Below are positions 17,159 through 27,030 of a DNA stretch of 64,000 nucleotides, in pieces. The first letter of the stretch is position 1; every line of letters begins with the position of its first letter. The notes under the pieces were generated by a model, which was given only the letters and a program-made list of their open reading frames with translations, did no database searches and had not been told where the DNA came from. The translations under genes were made by a program, and so were the position numbers. This DNA comes from a virus. The stretch is from positions 20,499 to 84,498 of the IMG/VR virus record IMGVR_UViG_3300031707_000006. The stretch is one strand, 5' to 3'.

Positions 17159-19991
17159 TTACTGTAATCTCTACAGCAGCAGGAATTACTTTTAGATATA
17201 TTCTTTCTGCTGTTAACATAGTTTCTTCTACAAACTTTATTGCAGCATTTACGATTTCATCTTTTACCTCTATTACAACTTCATCGTGTACTTGCATAAG
17301 AATATGAAAATCTTTATATTCAAAAGGATTATTATAAAATAGATTACACATTGCATCTTTAATAATATCCGCCGCACTCCCTTGTATGAGCATATTGTAA
17401 CCCTCTCTCATACTTGCCGCATTTTCTTTTTCAGCTTCTTCCATATTTTTGTAGATTCTTCGATGATCAAAATATCTTTTTCTACCTAATAAAGTTTTAG
17501 TATGCCCTTTACTTAATACTGCCTCACCAAAAGATTTTCTAAATGCAACCATTGTTGGATATCCCGTATTAATTGCAATAAGAACATCTTCTGCGACATC
17601 TTGAGAAATATGTAATTTCTTAGAAAGTCCCCAAGCACTGCTTCCAAATAAAGAAGCAAAGTTGATATTTTTGGCATCATCTCTTTGTTCCTTTATAACT
17701 TCATCAAGGGTACAATGATTAACCAAAGCAGCAGTAGAGGTATGCATATCCTTACCTTCCTGATATGCTTTAATAATCAATTCATCTTCTGTTATTTCTC
17801 CCACCAATCTATACTCTTCTTGATTATAATCTGCACGTAAAAGTTTATATCCAGGTCTCGCTATAAATGTTGCACGATATTCTGCCAATTTAGGTATGTT
17901 TTGTAAATTTATTGAGTCACTATTTCCAGTGATAGCCACAATATGTCCTTGTTTCATAACCCAAGTTCCACATTCTGTTGTTGGACACCAAACATCCATT
18001 TCTTTTTCTGGAGCCCAATTACAATTTCGATTCGCATATAATTCATCAGAACAAGTAAGATGATAATAAATAAAGGGTTTCCCTGATTTTAATTTTCTTT
18101 TACTAAAACTATATGGCTTCGCTAAGGCTAAAGAAAGTAATTCAAAGTACTCACAGGATTGTTTCTTTTGGGTTTCCAAACTTCCAAATCCAATATATTT
18201 CTTTAATTCTCTCCGATAAGATCCATCTCCCTCAATCATAGATAAGTACATTATTTCCCAGCATTCCTCTGATAAACTCATGATAATTTTACTTGGGGGA
18301 TGTGTAAGAAACGTTTGATAGATTGGCTCAAATATTTCAGAACTAATATGAAAAGCACTCACATAATGTGAATCGTATTCATATTGTTTATATCTATTTA
18401 GCGTATAAGATACATTATTTTCATCTAACCAACCTTTTAATAATTGAATACTCCTCCCTTTTACAAGGGAAATTCCTAATCCATGATTTTTCTTTCCGGT
18501 TAAAAATCCATCGGATAAGTACCAGCCAAGTAACAATGCTTGTGTTTTATCTAAAAGAGACGTTTTACAATCCTGCAATTTAACGTTTGGCATTAAAACT
18601 GTGTCATATTTTCTTGGAATACTATTTGCATTACTAAATCCAATTATCTTTGAATCCTTAGTAATCCATTTATGATTGGCTGTACATAAAATTCCTTTTT
18701 GATATTTAGAATCATGACCTTTGTTAACTACTAATCTTCCAACAAGGTCTTTTCCAATCGTTATATCATCTATAGTTGTAATTTTATATTGATATTTTTG
18801 TAAATCAAAACCAATAACTTGATCCCCAATATTTACCTCATTATATTTTTTCCAACCATTCAACGTGAGTATTTCTGAATCCAAAGGTACACAACTGTAT
18901 CTCCCAGAAGTTGCCCCAAGTTGATTAAATTTAGAATGTATTCTACCTGTAGTTGGGTGTATATTTTCAAACCAACTTACACCATAAGTAGATACTCTTT
19001 TAGCGCGATTTCTATATTCTAATATTAAATCTATAAGAGGTTCTCCAGCAAATAATACTAATGTATCTTCATTCGTATCTTCTACAGGAATATTAAATAG
19101 ATTTAATGCATTCTTCATATGTACATGAGAACCAGGATTTAATCTTTCATAAATCCAAGAAGTAAGTGCATAAGTTGAATCTACTTGTTCGAGATATTTC
19201 TTATCTCTGACCAATTTTACTTTAATTCCTAATGTTTCAGATAACTCTATAGAACTATTGAACTTAGTTGTATCTATATTATTAAGTATATAATCTTTTA
19301 TTTTTTTATGGAATAAATCTCTTTCAACTTCTGCTAATTTAGCAAGATTCTCCCATGCAACTTTATCTAATAAGATGCCCTCTAATTCCATCATTACGGT
19401 AACTGGAGTTAATCTATTCTCAAGATTAAATACATCTAGTTGTTTTTGTTCTATTAACTTTACTAAAAGAATATCTTTTAATCTCTTAAGATACATTACA
19501 TCCTCGGTAGAGTATACTAACATATCTTCAGTGATTTGTCCAAATGGATCTTCATAGAATTTTTTTCTTACTGTTTTATCTAATTGTATTCCTAGATATT
19601 TTAAGCAAATATCGTCTAAAGATGGATATCTGGATAAGGCTAGACCATTTGTAACCATTACTTCAGCAGATTGTAAATCTATTAAATCTGTAAAGAGTAG
19701 ATTATATTTAGATTTAATGAATTTTAGGTCAAACTTTAGATTAAATCCAACAAGGATTGAATCACTTTCTTGTAATAAAGAACAAATATAAATAATATTC
19801 TTATCTCCTAAGAGTTGAGCATCAAATAAGAATATTTTATTATCTATCTCTACTTGAATTAATCTAATAAAATTCAGATAAGGATCTAATCCACTTGTTT
19901 CTATATCAAATCCTATTACAGTATCTTTTCTATTAATAAGAGACTTTTGAAAAGATGATAATTCACTTAAAGAAGCGATATAAGAATACAT
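17139..19991 (-). CDS. polA: family A DNA polymerase (3'-5' exonuclease + polymerase) with intein
   Basis: FDIETSG, FNLKFD, SGRYS, NLQNIP, ADYNQEEYR, RDDAKNINF, IQGSAAD and QVHDE motifs; no 5'-3' exonuclease domain. Confidence 0.95.
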   Translation of the reverse strand: MYSYIASLSELSSFQKSLINRKDTVIGFDIETSGLDPYLNFIRLIQVEIDNKIFLFDAQLLGDKNIIYICSLLQESDSILVGFNLKFDLKFIKSKYNLLFTDLIDLQSAEVMVTNGLALSRYPSLDDICLKYLGIQLDKTVRKKFYEDPFGQITEDMLVYSTEDVMYLKRLKDILLVKLIEQKQLDVFNLENRLTPVTVMMELEGILLDKVAWENLAKLAEVERDLFHKKIKDYILNNIDTTKFNSSIELSETLGIKVKLVRDKKYLEQVDSTYALTSWIYERLNPGSHVHMKNALNLFNIPVEDTNEDTLVLFAGEPLIDLILEYRNRAKRVSTYGVSWFENIHPTTGRIHSKFNQLGATSGRYSCVPLDSEILTLNGWKKYNEVNIGDQVIGFDLQKYQYKITTIDDITIGKDLVGRLVVNKGHDSKYQKGILCTANHKWITKDSKIIGFSNANSIPRKYDTVLMPNVKLQDCKTSLLDKTQALLLGWYLSDGFLTGKKNHGLGISLVKGRSIQLLKGWLDENNVSYTLNRYKQYEYDSHYVSAFHISSEIFEPIYQTFLTHPPSKIIMSLSEECWEIMYLSMIEGDGSYRRELKKYIGFGSLETQKKQSCEYFELLSLALAKPYSFSKRKLKSGKPFIYYHLTCSDELYANRNCNWAPEKEMDVWCPTTECGTWVMKQGHIVAITGNSDSINLQNIPKLAEYRATFIARPGYKLLRADYNQEEYRLVGEITEDELIIKAYQEGKDMHTSTAALVNHCTLDEVIKEQRDDAKNINFASLFGSSAWGLSKKLHISQDVAEDVLIAINTGYPTMVAFRKSFGEAVLSKGHTKTLLGRKRYFDHRRIYKNMEEAEKENAASMREGYNMLIQGSAADIIKDAMCNLFYNNPFEYKDFHILMQVHDEVVIEVKDEIVNAAIKFVEETMLTAERIYLKVIPAAVEITVNDYWSK
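17922..18893 (-). mobile_element. intein with LAGLIDADG endonuclease (324 aa) in DNA polymerase
   Basis: GRYS|CVPLDSEILTLNGWK, CTANH, LGWYLSDG, MIEGDG, ends VWCP...TGN|S. Confidence 0.92.
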
Positions 19992-19992
19992 A

Positions 19993-20247
19993 TCAGTCTA
20001 CTGTAAAATTAATTATATCGTTTTCATGCTTTAAGCAATGCATCTTCTCATAAGCATTAGCAAATGCCATATAATAGCCTGCCTGTTCACTCCACACATC
20101 TCCTGGTAAACATCTTGCAATTCCTTTAACACCATTAGGTAGGATAACGATTGTAACAGGTTTTGACCAAATTACATTTACCAATCCAATTCCTCGAACA
20201 GGGAATTGATGATGCTTGCACGATTTTTCCTTAACCTTTTTATTCAT
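19993..20247 (-). CDS. hypothetical protein
   Basis: 84-aa ORF with PVTIVI...KGIARCLPGDVWS motif and AAAGGA RBS. Confidence 0.65.
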   Translation of the reverse strand: MNKKVKEKSCKHHQFPVRGIGLVNVIWSKPVTIVILPNGVKGIARCLPGDVWSEQAGYYMAFANAYEKMHCLKHENDIINFTVD

Positions 20248-20412
20248 TTTATTTTTCCTTTCAAATTATTTCTTCTTGCTCAGTTCTATCTTTTGAATAC
20301 TGGAGAAGCACTGAATAAGTTACATTTATTACTTATAAACTTTAATGGTTTATTTCCTCTTGCTCCCCGTCTTGGCTTCGCAAGTATAACTCTAGTTTAT
20401 TCAATTATGAGT

Positions 20413-20441
20413 AGTATAGCATAATTTTGAGGGGCTGTCAA
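20413..20441 (-). promoter_or_regulatory. strong sigma70-type promoter for the replication arm
   Basis: TTGACA-17 nt-TATACT with TG extension. Confidence 0.8.
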
Positions 20442-20551
20442 GAGGCAATTTTCTCTAAACACCATTCACGAACACCCTCATAGGTAACTTTATCATCCAA
20501 TTCTATCTTTGCCTCTACTTCAAAATTAATTGTGAATCTCCGTTTAGCCAT
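20438..20551 (-). CDS. 37-aa peptide
   Basis: MAKRRFTINFEVEAKIELDDKVTYEGVREWCLEKIAS with AAGGAG RBS. Confidence 0.5.
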   Translation of the reverse strand: MAKRRFTINFEVEAKIELDDKVTYEGVREWCLEKIAS

Positions 20552-20561
20552 ATTTTGCTCC

Positions 20562-20590
20562 TTGACAATCTTAGACTTTTAGGGTAAAAT
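20562..20590 (+). promoter_or_regulatory. rightward sigma70-type promoter
   Basis: TTGACA-17 nt-TAAAAT. Confidence 0.75.
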
Positions 20591-20646
20591 ACACACTAAT
20601 TCACCTATGAGAGGCAAATTTTTTTGTGTATCTCATTCTGAATTAC

Positions 20647-20674
20647 ATGATACCCTAAATTTGTAGTTTGTCAA
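20647..20674 (-). promoter_or_regulatory. leftward sigma70-type promoter facing the rightward one
   Basis: TTGACA-16 nt-TATCAT. Confidence 0.6.
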
Positions 20675-20682
20675 GGAGCAAA

Positions 20683-20922
20683 ATGCCAATCCGTCATGAT
20701 TTCAATTTCTGGGAGTGTAAATATTGCCACAAAGATTACAAGTTAGAACTCATGGCTTTAGGTTGCGAGCAAAGCCACGAGATTATATACCTCCCTATCC
20801 GTAAAGATGATCTTCAAAGGTTAATCCAATTCATCTACATGAAGGACGAGCGATTACTTACACCTACGTTATTAGAGACCCTTATGCCATATTCCCAGAA
20901 CATGCGGGGAGGGAATGCATGA
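20683..20922 (+). CDS. small zinc-finger-like protein
   Basis: ATG 20683 after AAGGAG; WECKYC...CEQSH. Confidence 0.65.
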   Translation: MPIRHDFNFWECKYCHKDYKLELMALGCEQSHEIIYLPIRKDDLQRLIQFIYMKDERLLTPTLLETLMPYSQNMRGGNA

Positions 20923-21143
20923 TCTGTATCTTCTGTGATAAAGAAGTATTAGATGATATATTTACTCTGGGAATTGATATCCCCTATATTAACTTAAAAG
21001 TGCATAAATATTGCTGGAAAATGCATAAAAATACTAATTATCTACAACAAAATGCAGAAGTGTGCTATAATAGGATCGTAAAGATTATTGAGGAAAGAGA
21101 TAATGGATCAACCAGAAAAGAAAAAAAGAAAACCACGAACTAA
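20919..21143 (+). CDS. small zinc-binding protein
   Basis: CIFC...HKYC; ATGA coupling. Confidence 0.6.
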   Translation: MICIFCDKEVLDDIFTLGIDIPYINLKVHKYCWKMHKNTNYLQQNAEVCYNRIVKIIEERDNGSTRKEKKKTTN

Positions 21144-21822
21144 AACCGTATTGTCGTCTAAAAATCAGATGCGGAATCTGAGTCAATTTAAGGAATTATC
21201 AAATGATGAATTTGATGAGATGTTTGCTAAGAGGCTTTTTGGAATCGAAAAGGCTCAAATTTTTGAACAAAGGATTGAAAAGAAACTAGCCGATTTTGCT
21301 GAAGATTATGACGTTTCTGATATGAAAATTAATGACAAATATCTTCTAAGAGCATTAGCACAGGCAGTAGTTTCTCTAGAAGATTATGAAAATTTTGTTT
21401 TTAATATTCGTGCAGAAGGTATTGGTACAGAGAATATCTTTCTAATTGAAAAAATTCAAAAGGTTATGACCGATCTTAGAAGAGATGTTTCTACGATGCA
21501 GGATGATCTTAAAATTACCAGGAAGATTAGAAAAGGAGACTCAGAAACATCAGTTATTAATTATATTGAAACTTTAAAAGAAAAAGCAAAAAAGTTTTAT
21601 GAATCTAGAATGATGATAGTTACCTGTCCTAAATGTAATAAGTGGATCTTTTCTGGTTGGTTTTTATTTCCACATGAAAAACAAAATAAAATTATTTTAC
21701 AGTGTGATGGTGATATGGGAGATGGGACAAAATGTGGAGAAGTTATAAGATTAACTTCTACAGAGTTATTGGAAAAACGTGGGTATAGTGATCCAGAAAT
21801 TTTTCCTGAGTCACTTATCTAG
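21088..21822 (+). CDS. putative terminase small subunit
   Basis: Helical protein with basic N-terminus and C-terminal Zn ribbon, first large gene of the packaging arm; assignment positional. Confidence 0.45.
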   Translation: MRKEIMDQPEKKKRKPRTKTVLSSKNQMRNLSQFKELSNDEFDEMFAKRLFGIEKAQIFEQRIEKKLADFAEDYDVSDMKINDKYLLRALAQAVVSLEDYENFVFNIRAEGIGTENIFLIEKIQKVMTDLRRDVSTMQDDLKITRKIRKGDSETSVINYIETLKEKAKKFYESRMMIVTCPKCNKWIFSGWFLFPHEKQNKIILQCDGDMGDGTKCGEVIRLTSTELLEKRGYSDPEIFPESLI

Positions 21823-21834
21823 TTATGGAGAAAT

Positions 21835-22518
21835 ATGTATAAAGGATTTAATATTACAGTTGGAATTCCTGTTTATAACAATTATCGGGGATTAAGGAAA
21901 TGTATTATTTCTGCCGAAATGGGAGAGGTAAAGCCTGATCTTTATTTTATATTTGATAATGGTGGTTTATATAATAATATTTTATTTAAAGATGAAATGG
22001 ATGTTAGTAAGATCCGGTTATATAGACCTGGGTATAATCAAGGTGTCGCAAAGGCATGGAATCTTATTATTAGAAATACAACAGATATAAGAATTATCTG
22101 TAATGATGATATTGAATTTCATACGGATACTGTAAAAGTGTTTGTAGATAATTTTGATGAAAACAAGATAACATTCCCGGATGAAAAGAGAGATAATCTT
22201 TTTTCTTGTTTTAGTATACCAACAAAATTATTTAATGCAATTGGTGAGTTTGATGAATCGCTGAGTCCTAACTATGGATATTTTGAGGACAACGATTATT
22301 ATCGTAGAGTAATTCTTTATGGACAAGAATTTGGTTTCCAATCTATTCCTACTGGATATGAACACATTGGTAGTACTACATTGAAAAATTATAGTCCAGG
22401 TGAATTATCTTTACACCATAAAAAGTTTGAATTAGCAAAAGCCAATTACATAAAAAAATGGGGAAATCTCCCACATCAAGAAACTTTTACAATTCCTTAT
22501 AACGGTGTGAAACAATGA
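21835..22518 (+). CDS. GT2-family glycosyltransferase
   Basis: GIPVYN, FDNG, NQGVAKAWN, NDD, FDE...YFEDNDY. Confidence 0.85.
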   Translation: MYKGFNITVGIPVYNNYRGLRKCIISAEMGEVKPDLYFIFDNGGLYNNILFKDEMDVSKIRLYRPGYNQGVAKAWNLIIRNTTDIRIICNDDIEFHTDTVKVFVDNFDENKITFPDEKRDNLFSCFSIPTKLFNAIGEFDESLSPNYGYFEDNDYYRRVILYGQEFGFQSIPTGYEHIGSTTLKNYSPGELSLHHKKFELAKANYIKKWGNLPHQETFTIPYNGVKQ

Positions 22519-23282
22519 TAACATATCTGCAACTGAATAACAGAAGTGTAGCAGGCCGCTTGGGAAACAATTTATTTGAGATCGCAAGTACGATAGGAAT
22601 CGCAGATTCTTTAAATATTCCTTTTTACTTTCCTACTTGGCCGTACAGCAGGTATTTTAAACATGAGTTACCTCAAAAAAGTTATGATGAACTTTCTTCT
22701 TATAAACTAAAAATATTTACTGAGAAACAATTCAATTATGATTTTATTTCTTTAGATGTTCGCCATTCTTGGAGTCTCTGTGGGTATCTACAATCCTGGA
22801 AATATTTTGTAAATTCATTTGATAAAATTAAATATTATTTTGAACCTAATTTTGAAACAAATGATAATTCAAAAGACCTAGTTTCAGTGCATGTGAGGAG
22901 AGGCGATTATCTCGATCGTAAAGGATTCCATACTTGTTTAACTGAAACAAATTATTATCAGAAAGCAATGGCCCTATTTCCTGATGATAAATTCCTAATC
23001 TTCTCTGATGATATTCACTGGTGTATGCAAAGTGATTTATTTGATAATGATCGATGTATCTATAAAATGAATGAGACATCTGATACTGCAACTCCCGCAC
23101 CCTTTGATTTATTACACATGGTTTATATGGCAAAATGTAAACATCATATTATCGCCAATTCTAGTTATTCCTGGTGGGGTTCTTTTCTTGGAAATTCAAA
23201 TAGTATAACTATTGCTCCTAGACAATGGTGGGTTAATAATAATTCCAGCGATATTTACTTACCACATTGGATTCAAATATGA
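22515..23282 (+). CDS. GT11 alpha-1,2-fucosyltransferase-like
   Basis: GRLGNNLF, GYLQSWKYF, SVHVRRGDY, FSDD, HHIIANSSYSWWG. Confidence 0.92.
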   Translation: MITYLQLNNRSVAGRLGNNLFEIASTIGIADSLNIPFYFPTWPYSRYFKHELPQKSYDELSSYKLKIFTEKQFNYDFISLDVRHSWSLCGYLQSWKYFVNSFDKIKYYFEPNFETNDNSKDLVSVHVRRGDYLDRKGFHTCLTETNYYQKAMALFPDDKFLIFSDDIHWCMQSDLFDNDRCIYKMNETSDTATPAPFDLLHMVYMAKCKHHIIANSSYSWWGSFLGNSNSITIAPRQWWVNNNSSDIYLPHWIQI

Positions 23283-24229
23283 TTGAGGATCAATTAGTCT
23301 TTATAGACACATTTGCAAAACTTGATTCCATTATGGATAAGTATAAAAATAAGAAAATTAGAGTAGCCTATAGTGGGGGATCGGACTCTGATAATGTAAT
23401 GTGGTTATTACGAACTAGAGGATATAATGTTCCCGCTGTATTTTGGGATACAGGATTAGAATATGCTGCTACATATGAACATTTAGATTATATGAGATCA
23501 GTTGGATTTAGTATTGAAAAAGTTAAGGCCAAAAACCCCATCCCAACAACTTTGATGAAATATGGTCAACCCTTTGTAAGTAAAAGAGTCAGTGATTATT
23601 TATCCAGACTACAAAAGCATGGTTTTAATTTCCAGAATGATGGGAATAAAACTTTTAAAGACTTAACTGTAAAATATGAAAATTGTAAAACAGCATTATC
23701 GTGGTGGTGTAATAAGTTCCCCTATATAACAACAAATATTACTTATAATCGGTATTTAAAAGAATTCTTAATAGAATATGGACTCCCCTTTTCTGTATCC
23801 GATCAGTGTTGCACTTGGGCGAAAAAACAACCTAGTAAGGACTATACAAAAAAAAATCATATTGATTTAATGATTTTAGGAATTAGGAAAGCTGAAGGGG
23901 GTTCTAGAGCCAGAGCATATAAAACTTGCTTTTTACCTCCAAAATTGCACACATATGCTTTATATTTCCCCTTATTTTGGTGGAAAAAAGTCGAGAAGCA
24001 ACTTTTTTGTGGGGAATTGAATATAAAATATAGTGATTGTTATACAAAATATGGGATGACAAGAACAGGTTGTGCTGGTTGTCCTTTTAGTAGAACTTTT
24101 GAAAATGAATTGGATATCCTGAGACAATATGAACCAAATCTATATAAGGGAGCAACAAAAATGTTTAATTCTTCTTATGAGTGGACTAGAAAGTATAAAC
24201 AATTTATAGAGAATGAAAAACGTGGATAA
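23267..24229 (+). CDS. PAPS-reductase-family (PP-loop, Fe-S) protein
   Basis: AYSGGSDS, DTGLEY, CC...KKQP, GIRKAEG, RTGCAGCP. Confidence 0.85.
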   Translation: MDSNMIEDQLVFIDTFAKLDSIMDKYKNKKIRVAYSGGSDSDNVMWLLRTRGYNVPAVFWDTGLEYAATYEHLDYMRSVGFSIEKVKAKNPIPTTLMKYGQPFVSKRVSDYLSRLQKHGFNFQNDGNKTFKDLTVKYENCKTALSWWCNKFPYITTNITYNRYLKEFLIEYGLPFSVSDQCCTWAKKQPSKDYTKKNHIDLMILGIRKAEGGSRARAYKTCFLPPKLHTYALYFPLFWWKKVEKQLFCGELNIKYSDCYTKYGMTRTGCAGCPFSRTFENELDILRQYEPNLYKGATKMFNSSYEWTRKYKQFIENEKRG

Positions 24230-25538
24230 TATTGAAGAAAGAATCAAGGATCTTATTGGTCTTTTAAGAGAAGATGGAAGTAATGTATTAGGCTATGTCT
24301 ATAATGATGACGCTAAATTTATACCTGGTATTACTCCAGTATACTACTCAGGCCCGTATTGGGATAATAAAGAAATTATTGCGGCTGTAAAGGCATTACT
24401 TACTGGTAAGTGGTTATCTTCTGGAGAAAAAGTTAAAGAATTTGAAGATAAATTCTCTGAAAAATTTGGTGGTGGTTATTCTGTAATGGTTAACTCAGGC
24501 TCATCTGCTAATTTAGTTATGTTAGCAGCATTGAAAAAATATTATGGTTGGGCAGATGGTGCAGAAGTTATTGTTTCTTGTGTGGGTTTTCCTACTACAA
24601 TTGCCCCCATCGTACAGAACAATCTAAAACCAGTTTTTGTAGATATTGAATTAGACACACTAAATGCAGACTATTTAGAGATATATAATTCTATAAATGC
24701 TAATACAGTAGCAATATTAATCTCTCCAGTATTAGGTAATCCTCCTGATATGGGTAAATTACTAAATTTACATTCTATATTAGACTTAGAATTAATCTTG
24801 GATAATTGTGATAGTTTGGGGACTACTTGGGATTATACTTTACTTAATCAATTAGTTGTGGCATCTTCTTGTTCATTCTATCCGGCTCACCACTTAGCCA
24901 TCGGTGAAGGAGGAATGATCTCATCTAAAAATGAAAGTATTATTAAACTTGCAAGAAGTATTGCATGGTGGGGTAGAGATTGTGAATGCACTGGCGCTCA
25001 GAATTTATTGTCTAATGGGATGTGTCATAAACGATTTGCTTGTTGGTTGGATAACTATGATGGGATTATTGATCATAAATATTTATTTACAAATATGGGA
25101 TATAATTTAAAACCATTAGATTTTCAAGGCGCAATGGGGTTAGAACAACTCAAAAAATTTGATGAGATACATTATCGTAGAGTACAGAATGAACACATTA
25201 TTACAGAGACTTTTCTAAAATATCTTCCAGAATTAAAAACCCCAACAGTATTATCAGGAGCGAAACCATCCTGGTTTGGTACTCCTTTTATTTGTCCTAA
25301 TAAGGAATATAAAAATAAATTAGTGGCATTTTTAGAATCTAAGAAGATTCAGACACGGAATTATTTCGCTGGTAATATACTTTTGCACCCCGGCTATAAA
25401 CATTTGGGGAACTATAGGGATTATCCTAATGCAAATAAGATATTGGATACCGTATTTTTTATCGGTTGTGCCCCGCATTATGGGGAAAATATTTTGGGTT
25501 ATATAGAAGATTGTGTAAAGGAGTTCTATATTAATTAG
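24213..25538 (+). CDS. rfbH: NDP-4-keto-6-deoxyglucose 3-dehydrase E1 (RfbH/AscC/DdhC-like)
   Basis: MVNSGSSANL, LDNCDSLG, SFYPAHH (His at the cofactor-lysine position), WWGRDCEC Fe-S cysteines, DHKY, FAGNILLHP. Confidence 0.9.
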   Translation: MKNVDNIEERIKDLIGLLREDGSNVLGYVYNDDAKFIPGITPVYYSGPYWDNKEIIAAVKALLTGKWLSSGEKVKEFEDKFSEKFGGGYSVMVNSGSSANLVMLAALKKYYGWADGAEVIVSCVGFPTTIAPIVQNNLKPVFVDIELDTLNADYLEIYNSINANTVAILISPVLGNPPDMGKLLNLHSILDLELILDNCDSLGTTWDYTLLNQLVVASSCSFYPAHHLAIGEGGMISSKNESIIKLARSIAWWGRDCECTGAQNLLSNGMCHKRFACWLDNYDGIIDHKYLFTNMGYNLKPLDFQGAMGLEQLKKFDEIHYRRVQNEHIITETFLKYLPELKTPTVLSGAKPSWFGTPFICPNKEYKNKLVAFLESKKIQTRNYFAGNILLHPGYKHLGNYRDYPNANKILDTVFFIGCAPHYGENILGYIEDCVKEFYIN

Positions 25539-25539
25539 A

Positions 25540-25597
25540 ACAAGATGGCTAGTGATAGCTACACGAAAAAGCATACCTCCATGCTCTGCCATTTTGT
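25540..25597 (+). ncRNA. candidate three-way-junction RNA element
   Basis: ACAAGATGGC/GCCATTTTGT enclosing GTG/CAC and AGCAT/ATGCT hairpins. Confidence 0.45.
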
Positions 25598-25625
25598 ATT
25601 TTAAGGAGAACTAAAAGGAGAAAAG

Positions 25626-25682
25626 ATGAGCAAATTAATTAATTTAATCGGTCAAAGATTTGGTAGATTGACCGTTAAATAA
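25626..25682 (+). pseudogene. N-terminal remnant of an AP2/HNH-type homing endonuclease
   Basis: MSKLINLIGQRFGRLTVK-stop with AAGGAG RBS; L.G.RFGRLTV is a typical N-terminus of these phage proteins. Confidence 0.65.
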
Positions 25683-25709
25683 CATAATTAGATATATGAA
25701 AGAAACTTT

Positions 25710-26399
25710 ATGACATTATTAAGTATAGCAATTCCAACATATGGATATCACGGAAGGGGAGAAGGACTTTTAGAATATTCCTTTAATAAATTAGAATCTC
25801 AGTATTTTACAGATTTTGATGTAGTTGTTGCAGATCATTCTGAAGATGATAAGATTAAGAATTTATGTGAAAAGTGGAATCATAAATTGTCTATTCATTA
25901 TCTCAGAAATGAAGAAAATAGAGGATCGGCAGCATATAATACTGACTTTGTTATAAGACATAGTACTGGTAAATTTATTAAAATTCTTTGCGGAGATGAC
26001 TACCTTTATGATGCATTTTCACTAGAAAAACCCATTCTAGCATTTGATGAAACTACTATGTGGATTGCAACTGCATATATGCACACAAGAGATAAATTAC
26101 ATTTTTTCAAATACCATTGTCCTAGTTTAAATCCTAAGATTTATATGTGTAATACTATAGGAACTCCAAGTTGTATTACTATACGCAATTCCTCAGATAT
26201 TCCTCGAATGGATACAAATCTTAAATATGCATATGATTGTGATTGGTATTATAGAATGATAAATAGTCCATACGGTAATCCTAAAATTATAAATGATATT
26301 ACAATTATTAACTATTTATGGGATGGTAGTATTACATCAGAAATGTCTGATAAACAAATCTCTGATGAATTAGAAAAGGTAAGAAAGAAATATGAATAA
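25710..26399 (+). CDS. GT2-family glycosyltransferase
   Basis: SIAIPTY, VADHS, CGDDY, IGTPS, DCDWYYR. Confidence 0.85.
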   Translation: MTLLSIAIPTYGYHGRGEGLLEYSFNKLESQYFTDFDVVVADHSEDDKIKNLCEKWNHKLSIHYLRNEENRGSAAYNTDFVIRHSTGKFIKILCGDDYLYDAFSLEKPILAFDETTMWIATAYMHTRDKLHFFKYHCPSLNPKIYMCNTIGTPSCITIRNSSDIPRMDTNLKYAYDCDWYYRMINSPYGNPKIINDITIINYLWDGSITSEMSDKQISDELEKVRKKYE

Positions 26400-27030
26400 A
26401 CTGTTTATAATTAGTAGGTATGAAGAGAATTTAGATTGGTTAAAATCTTATAACTTTAATTATCTTATTTATAATAAAGGAAAACCAATTGAAGACCCAA
26501 ATATAATTAATATTGAGAATATAGGTGGAAATCAAATAGATATTTTTAGATTTATTTATGATCATTATGAAGATCTTCCTGATGTTATGGTGTTTATACA
26601 AGCCCATCCTTTTGATCACTGCCGTAAAGAACTTTTTGACTTACTTATAAATAATATAGTTTTTACACCACTAGAATATTATGGAAAATTTCCGGCAAAC
26701 TCTTGGGAAAGACGAACAGAGGAGGGGGGATATTTAGAAATAAATAATAATTGGTATATAAAAAATAATAACGATCATTATAATATAACTTGTAGATATT
26801 CATCTTTTGATGAGTTTATGAATAAATATTTTAATAATTATGAACACATAGAGTGGATACGTTTTTCCCCTGGTTCTCAGTATATTGTGGAGAGAATGCG
26901 AGTACTGCACTATCCCAGGGAATTTTGGAGAAAATTAATGGATGAACTTAATAGTAGATTTTCAACTGAGGGACATATTATTGAAAGGAGTTTATGGATG
27001 ATATTTCAATGCAAACTAAACCTGAGATAA
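26392..27030 (+). CDS. DUF3431-like (probable GT-A fold) protein
   Basis: SRYEENLDW, YNKG, YEDLPDVMVFIQAHPFDH, FSPGSQYIV, GHIIERSLW. Confidence 0.75.
   Translation: MNKLFIISRYEENLDWLKSYNFNYLIYNKGKPIEDPNIINIENIGGNQIDIFRFIYDHYEDLPDVMVFIQAHPFDHCRKELFDLLINNIVFTPLEYYGKFPANSWERRTEEGGYLEINNNWYIKNNNDHYNITCRYSSFDEFMNKYFNNYEHIEWIRFSPGSQYIVERMRVLHYPREFWRKLMDELNSRFSTEGHIIERSLWMIFQCKLNLR

Larger units (their letters stand above)
20552..20684. repeat. inverted repeat at the arm junction (17-bp perfect plus 9-bp inner arms)
   Basis: ATTTTGCTCCTTGACAA (20552-20568) / TTGTCAAGGAGCAAAAT (20668-20684); TTTAGGGTA (20578-20586) / TACCCTAAA (20651-20659). Confidence 0.9.

Noticed and set aside
1458-19557. Plus-strand ORFs in the left arm (e.g. 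1458-1817, 5918-6220, 13473-13841, 18368-18583)
   Set aside because: Antisense shadows of well-supported minus-strand genes, with no motifs
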